From an uncultured Opitutia bacterium (GTDB lineage Bacteria; Verrucomicrobiota; Verrucomicrobiia; Opitutales; Opitutaceae): a DNA stretch of 64,000 nucleotides. Position numbers and translations under genes: made by a program. Below, one piece after another: positions 61,251 through 64,000 of this stretch; positions within the stretch are counted from its first letter, which is position 1; every line of letters begins with the position of its first letter. The DNA lies in NCBI GenBank assembly GCA_903820035.1, contig CAIJFT010000286.1, forward strand, positions 102-64,101. The letters run 5' to 3'. Under the pieces are notes generated by a model, which saw nothing but the letters and a program-made list of their open reading frames with translations, had not been told where the DNA came from and made no database searches.

Positions 61251-63380
61251 TCATTTCGGCGCCAAGCTCATCAGGAACTCGGCGTTCGACTTGGTCTTCT
61301 TGAGCCGCGTGATGAGCATCTCCATCGACTCAATCGGGCCCAGGCCCTGCATCGCGCGCCGCAGGCCGTAAATGCGCTGCAACTCGTCGGGATGGTAGAT
61401 CAGCTCTTCCTTGCGCGTGCCGGAGCGGTCGATGTTGATCGCCGGGAAAATGCGGCGCTCGACGAGCCCGCGGTCGAGGTGCAGCTCGGAGTTACCCGTG
61501 CCCTTGAATTCCTCGAAGATGATTTCGTCCATCCGGCTGCCGGTGTCGATCAGCGCACTGGCGATGATCGTGAGGCTGCCGCCGCCTTCGATGTTGCGCG
61601 CGGAACCGAAGAAACGCTTCGGCTTTTGCAACGCGTTCGACTCAAGGCCGCCCGACATCGTCTTGCCGCCGTTACCGGCGAGCGCGTTGTAGGCGCGAGC
61701 GAGGCGGGTGATGGAATCCAGCAGGATCACAACATGCTCGCCCTGCTCGATGCGCCGACGCGCAATTTCGATCACCATCTCCGCGCAATGCACATGACTC
61801 TCGGGGGTCTCGTCAAAGGTCGACGACACCACTTCTCCCTTCGTGTGACGCTTGAAATCCGTCACTTCCTCGGGACGCTCGTCGATGAGCAGCAAAATCA
61901 ACTTCACGTCCGGGCTGTTCGCACTGATCGAGTTCGCAATATTCTGCAGCAGGACGGTCTTGCCGGTGCGCGGCGGCGCGACGATCAGGCCGCGTTGGCC
62001 GAAACCGATCGGGGTGAGAATGTCGACGGCGCGCATGGAGACGTCCTTCACGACGTCCGCATCCTCGAGCAGGATGCGCTTCAACGGATAGTACGGCACC
62101 AACTCCTCGAACGGGGTGACCTTCGAGATCTCGTCCGGCGCCATGCCCATCACCGTATCGATGCGGATAACCGACGGGCAACGCTCGCCCTCCAAAGGAG
62201 GCTGCAGCGTCACCTCCAAAAGGTGACCGCGCTTGAGCCCGTAGCGTTTCACGAGGGAATCGGGGAGGAAGCCGTCCTCGGGATAGAGGCGATAGTTCAC
62301 GTGCGTGTGCACGAGGAACGAGCCACGGTCGTTCTGGTCGATGTAACCGCGATCGCGTAGCGCGCGCTTGCTCTCGGTGGCGAACTTGAAGATCTCGCCG
62401 AGCAATTGCCGCCGGTTGGGCGCACCCTCGAACTTGATGCCGAGGCCGCGGACAAACCCCGTCAGTTCAAACAGGGTCTTGGCGTAGATCTCGTGCAACC
62501 AGAGCGGCTCACCGCCGGTCGCAGCCAGACCCGTCGCCAAGGTATCGAGCGCCGCCAGGTCGTTGAAACGGCTCGGGTTTGGCAGATCGCCAAAGACCGG
62601 CGCGTTGCTCGGCGGCGGGGGCTGCGGGGGATGCTGTTCGCGTCCGGCCGGTTGACCACCACCACCTCCTCCTCCACCAGGGCCGCCTCCACCGCCGCCA
62701 CTCGGCTGCCAGTGCCCACCACCACCACCGCCACCGCCACCACCGTGGCGGCCGCGCTTGCGCTTGCCGTGTTTCCAGAAACCGCGGTCCTGGCCACCAC
62801 CCTGAAATCCACCACCGCCACCGCCGCCGTGGCCGCCCTGCTGCCCCTGCCAGTCGCCACGACCGCCGCCACCCCCTTGAGGTTGGCCGCCTGGGTTTGA
62901 GCCGGACTGGACGGTCCGATCACCTTCGGCTCCCCGATCCCGCTCGGGTTCCTGGCCCGATGGGCGCTGGTCCGACTCACGGGTCGGCGCTTCAGCTCCG
63001 GCGGACTTGTCGCTAACGTGACCACCGCGATCGTGGTCCGAAGACTGGGCGCGCGGAACATCCGCCACCGCCGCAGGGGCCGGGGCGGGCGCCGGCCGCT
63101 CTTCGCGGGGCGCGGGAGTCGGGGCGGGTTCAAAACGAAACTCGGGTTCGCGCACGACCGTAGCCGCGGGCGGCGCCGAACGCTCTTCGCGCGGAGCCGA
63201 GGCGCGGGGCGCGGGCGCAGTCTCACTCGCCGCAACCTTGGCCGTCGGCTTGCGCGTGCGACTCTTGGTCGCCTTTTCGGCAACGGGCTTGGCCCCGCGC
63301 GCGGTCAGGCGCGGGCGGCGGGTTTTCTTTTCGCCGGCAGAGGCGGACGTGTCGTCGTCGGATTTGGGAGGAAGGGCCAT
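61251..63380 (-). CDS. rho: Transcription termination factor Rho with long N-terminal disordered extension
   Basis: ATG 63380; IGFGQRGLIVAPPRTGKT, LIDERPEEVTD, STFDE, LDSITRLARAYN, RFFGSARNIEGGGSLT, FEEFKGTGN. Confidence 0.96.
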   Translation of the reverse strand: MALPPKSDDDTSASAGEKKTRRPRLTARGAKPVAEKATKSRTRKPTAKVAASETAPAPRASAPREERSAPPAATVVREPEFRFEPAPTPAPREERPAPAPAPAAVADVPRAQSSDHDRGGHVSDKSAGAEAPTRESDQRPSGQEPERDRGAEGDRTVQSGSNPGGQPQGGGGGRGDWQGQQGGHGGGGGGGFQGGGQDRGFWKHGKRKRGRHGGGGGGGGGGHWQPSGGGGGGPGGGGGGGGQPAGREQHPPQPPPPSNAPVFGDLPNPSRFNDLAALDTLATGLAATGGEPLWLHEIYAKTLFELTGFVRGLGIKFEGAPNRRQLLGEIFKFATESKRALRDRGYIDQNDRGSFLVHTHVNYRLYPEDGFLPDSLVKRYGLKRGHLLEVTLQPPLEGERCPSVIRIDTVMGMAPDEISKVTPFEELVPYYPLKRILLEDADVVKDVSMRAVDILTPIGFGQRGLIVAPPRTGKTVLLQNIANSISANSPDVKLILLLIDERPEEVTDFKRHTKGEVVSSTFDETPESHVHCAEMVIEIARRRIEQGEHVVILLDSITRLARAYNALAGNGGKTMSGGLESNALQKPKRFFGSARNIEGGGSLTIIASALIDTGSRMDEIIFEEFKGTGNSELHLDRGLVERRIFPAINIDRSGTRKEELIYHPDELQRIYGLRRAMQGLGPIESMEMLITRLKKTKSNAEFLMSLAPK

Positions 63381-63448
63381 GTCAGGATTATCGGAAAAAG
63401 AGGACGGCGGGCACGCTCTGCGTCTGACGCGGCGGCTCCCGCGAAGTT

Positions 63449-64000
63449 TCAGGCCACCGCGAGGGCGTCGGCCAAGCGATCGACCTGAGCCTCGAGAAAC
63501 GCGGGTGTTCCCTCGTTCCACAAGACAAAGTCGGATAGCTCGATCTTTCGCGCCAGCGGCAGTTGCTTGGAGATTCGCTGCCCGGCGAGCACGCGCGGAA
63601 GGCCGCGTTGCTCCAGTCGGACGAGTTGCTGGTCCGGAGCACACGCGACGCACACGGTGAAATCAAACCAATTCTCCAAACCTTTCTCGAAGAGGAGCGG
63701 CACCTCCACCACCCAACGCGCGGTCGGATCCGTCGCGAGTATCTCCTGCCACAAAGCGAAGACGCGCGGGTGCGTGAGATCCTCCAGCCAAAGCCGCTCC
63801 GCATCGTCGCCGAAGACCCGCTTGGCCAACGCCGGCCGGTTCACGCCAACGTCTCCCGCCGGGCCCATCGCCAGCACCTCATCCCCGAAACGGGCACGCA
63901 ACGCCGCGAGCACCGCAGGATCGGTAAGGACGCGCTCGCGCACCAACTGATCGGAATCGATGCGCTTGAACCCCCGCATTTCGAGGGCCCGTGCGACCGT
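63449..64000 (-). CDS. coaE: Dephospho-CoA kinase (3' part; start beyond window end)
   Basis: TVARALEMRGFKRIDSD...NRPALAKRVFGD...LEDLTHPRV...VEVPLLFE...LEQRG. Confidence 0.92.
   Translation of the reverse strand, partial: TVARALEMRGFKRIDSDQLVRERVLTDPAVLAALRARFGDEVLAMGPAGDVGVNRPALAKRVFGDDAERLWLEDLTHPRVFALWQEILATDPTARWVVEVPLLFEKGLENWFDFTVCVACAPDQQLVRLEQRGLPRVLAGQRISKQLPLARKIELSDFVLWNEGTPAFLEAQVDRLADALAVA

Overview
GC-rich bacterial chromosome segment, most likely Opitutaceae (Verrucomicrobiota). The taxonomy is inferred from the expanded TonB-dependent receptor type, the Tat-exported sugar enzymes and the long-IDR Rho, not from a database search. About 40 CDSs are supported. Housekeeping genes: sbcD/sbcC, ndk, phrB, glgA, rnr, rho, partial coaE. 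Surface and transport genes: a pilB-pilT-pilB-pilC type IV pilus/T2SS block and four TonB-dependent receptors (one truncated at the window start). Carbohydrate genes: PL11 rhamnogalacturonan lyase, heparinase II/III-like lyase, secreted mutarotase, two TIM-barrel epimerase-like proteins, Tat Gfo/Idh/MocA oxidoreductase, MFS transporter. Two periplasmic Mo-enzyme pairs (IorAB-like, SorAB). One tRNA-Glu(CTC) has a small AT-rich regulatory islet (RHH, PAS-LuxR, orphan ORF) at its 3' side. No CRISPR array, rRNA, integrase or transposase is visible. The most unusual signal is non-coding: many intergenic gaps are built from several families of short palindromic or periodic inverted repeats (GTAG-type REPs, triple 9-mers, 7-mer tandem arms). 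In three places (41353-41590, 48737-48862, 51671-51822) they are nested, with other repeat units lying inside an inverted pair. Notable proteins include an FlK-thioesterase/crotonase fusion, a Cys4-bearing lyase, a His-to-Asn variant metallophosphoesterase and a Rho with a Gly/Gln-rich disordered region. All sequence comparisons were done by eye.
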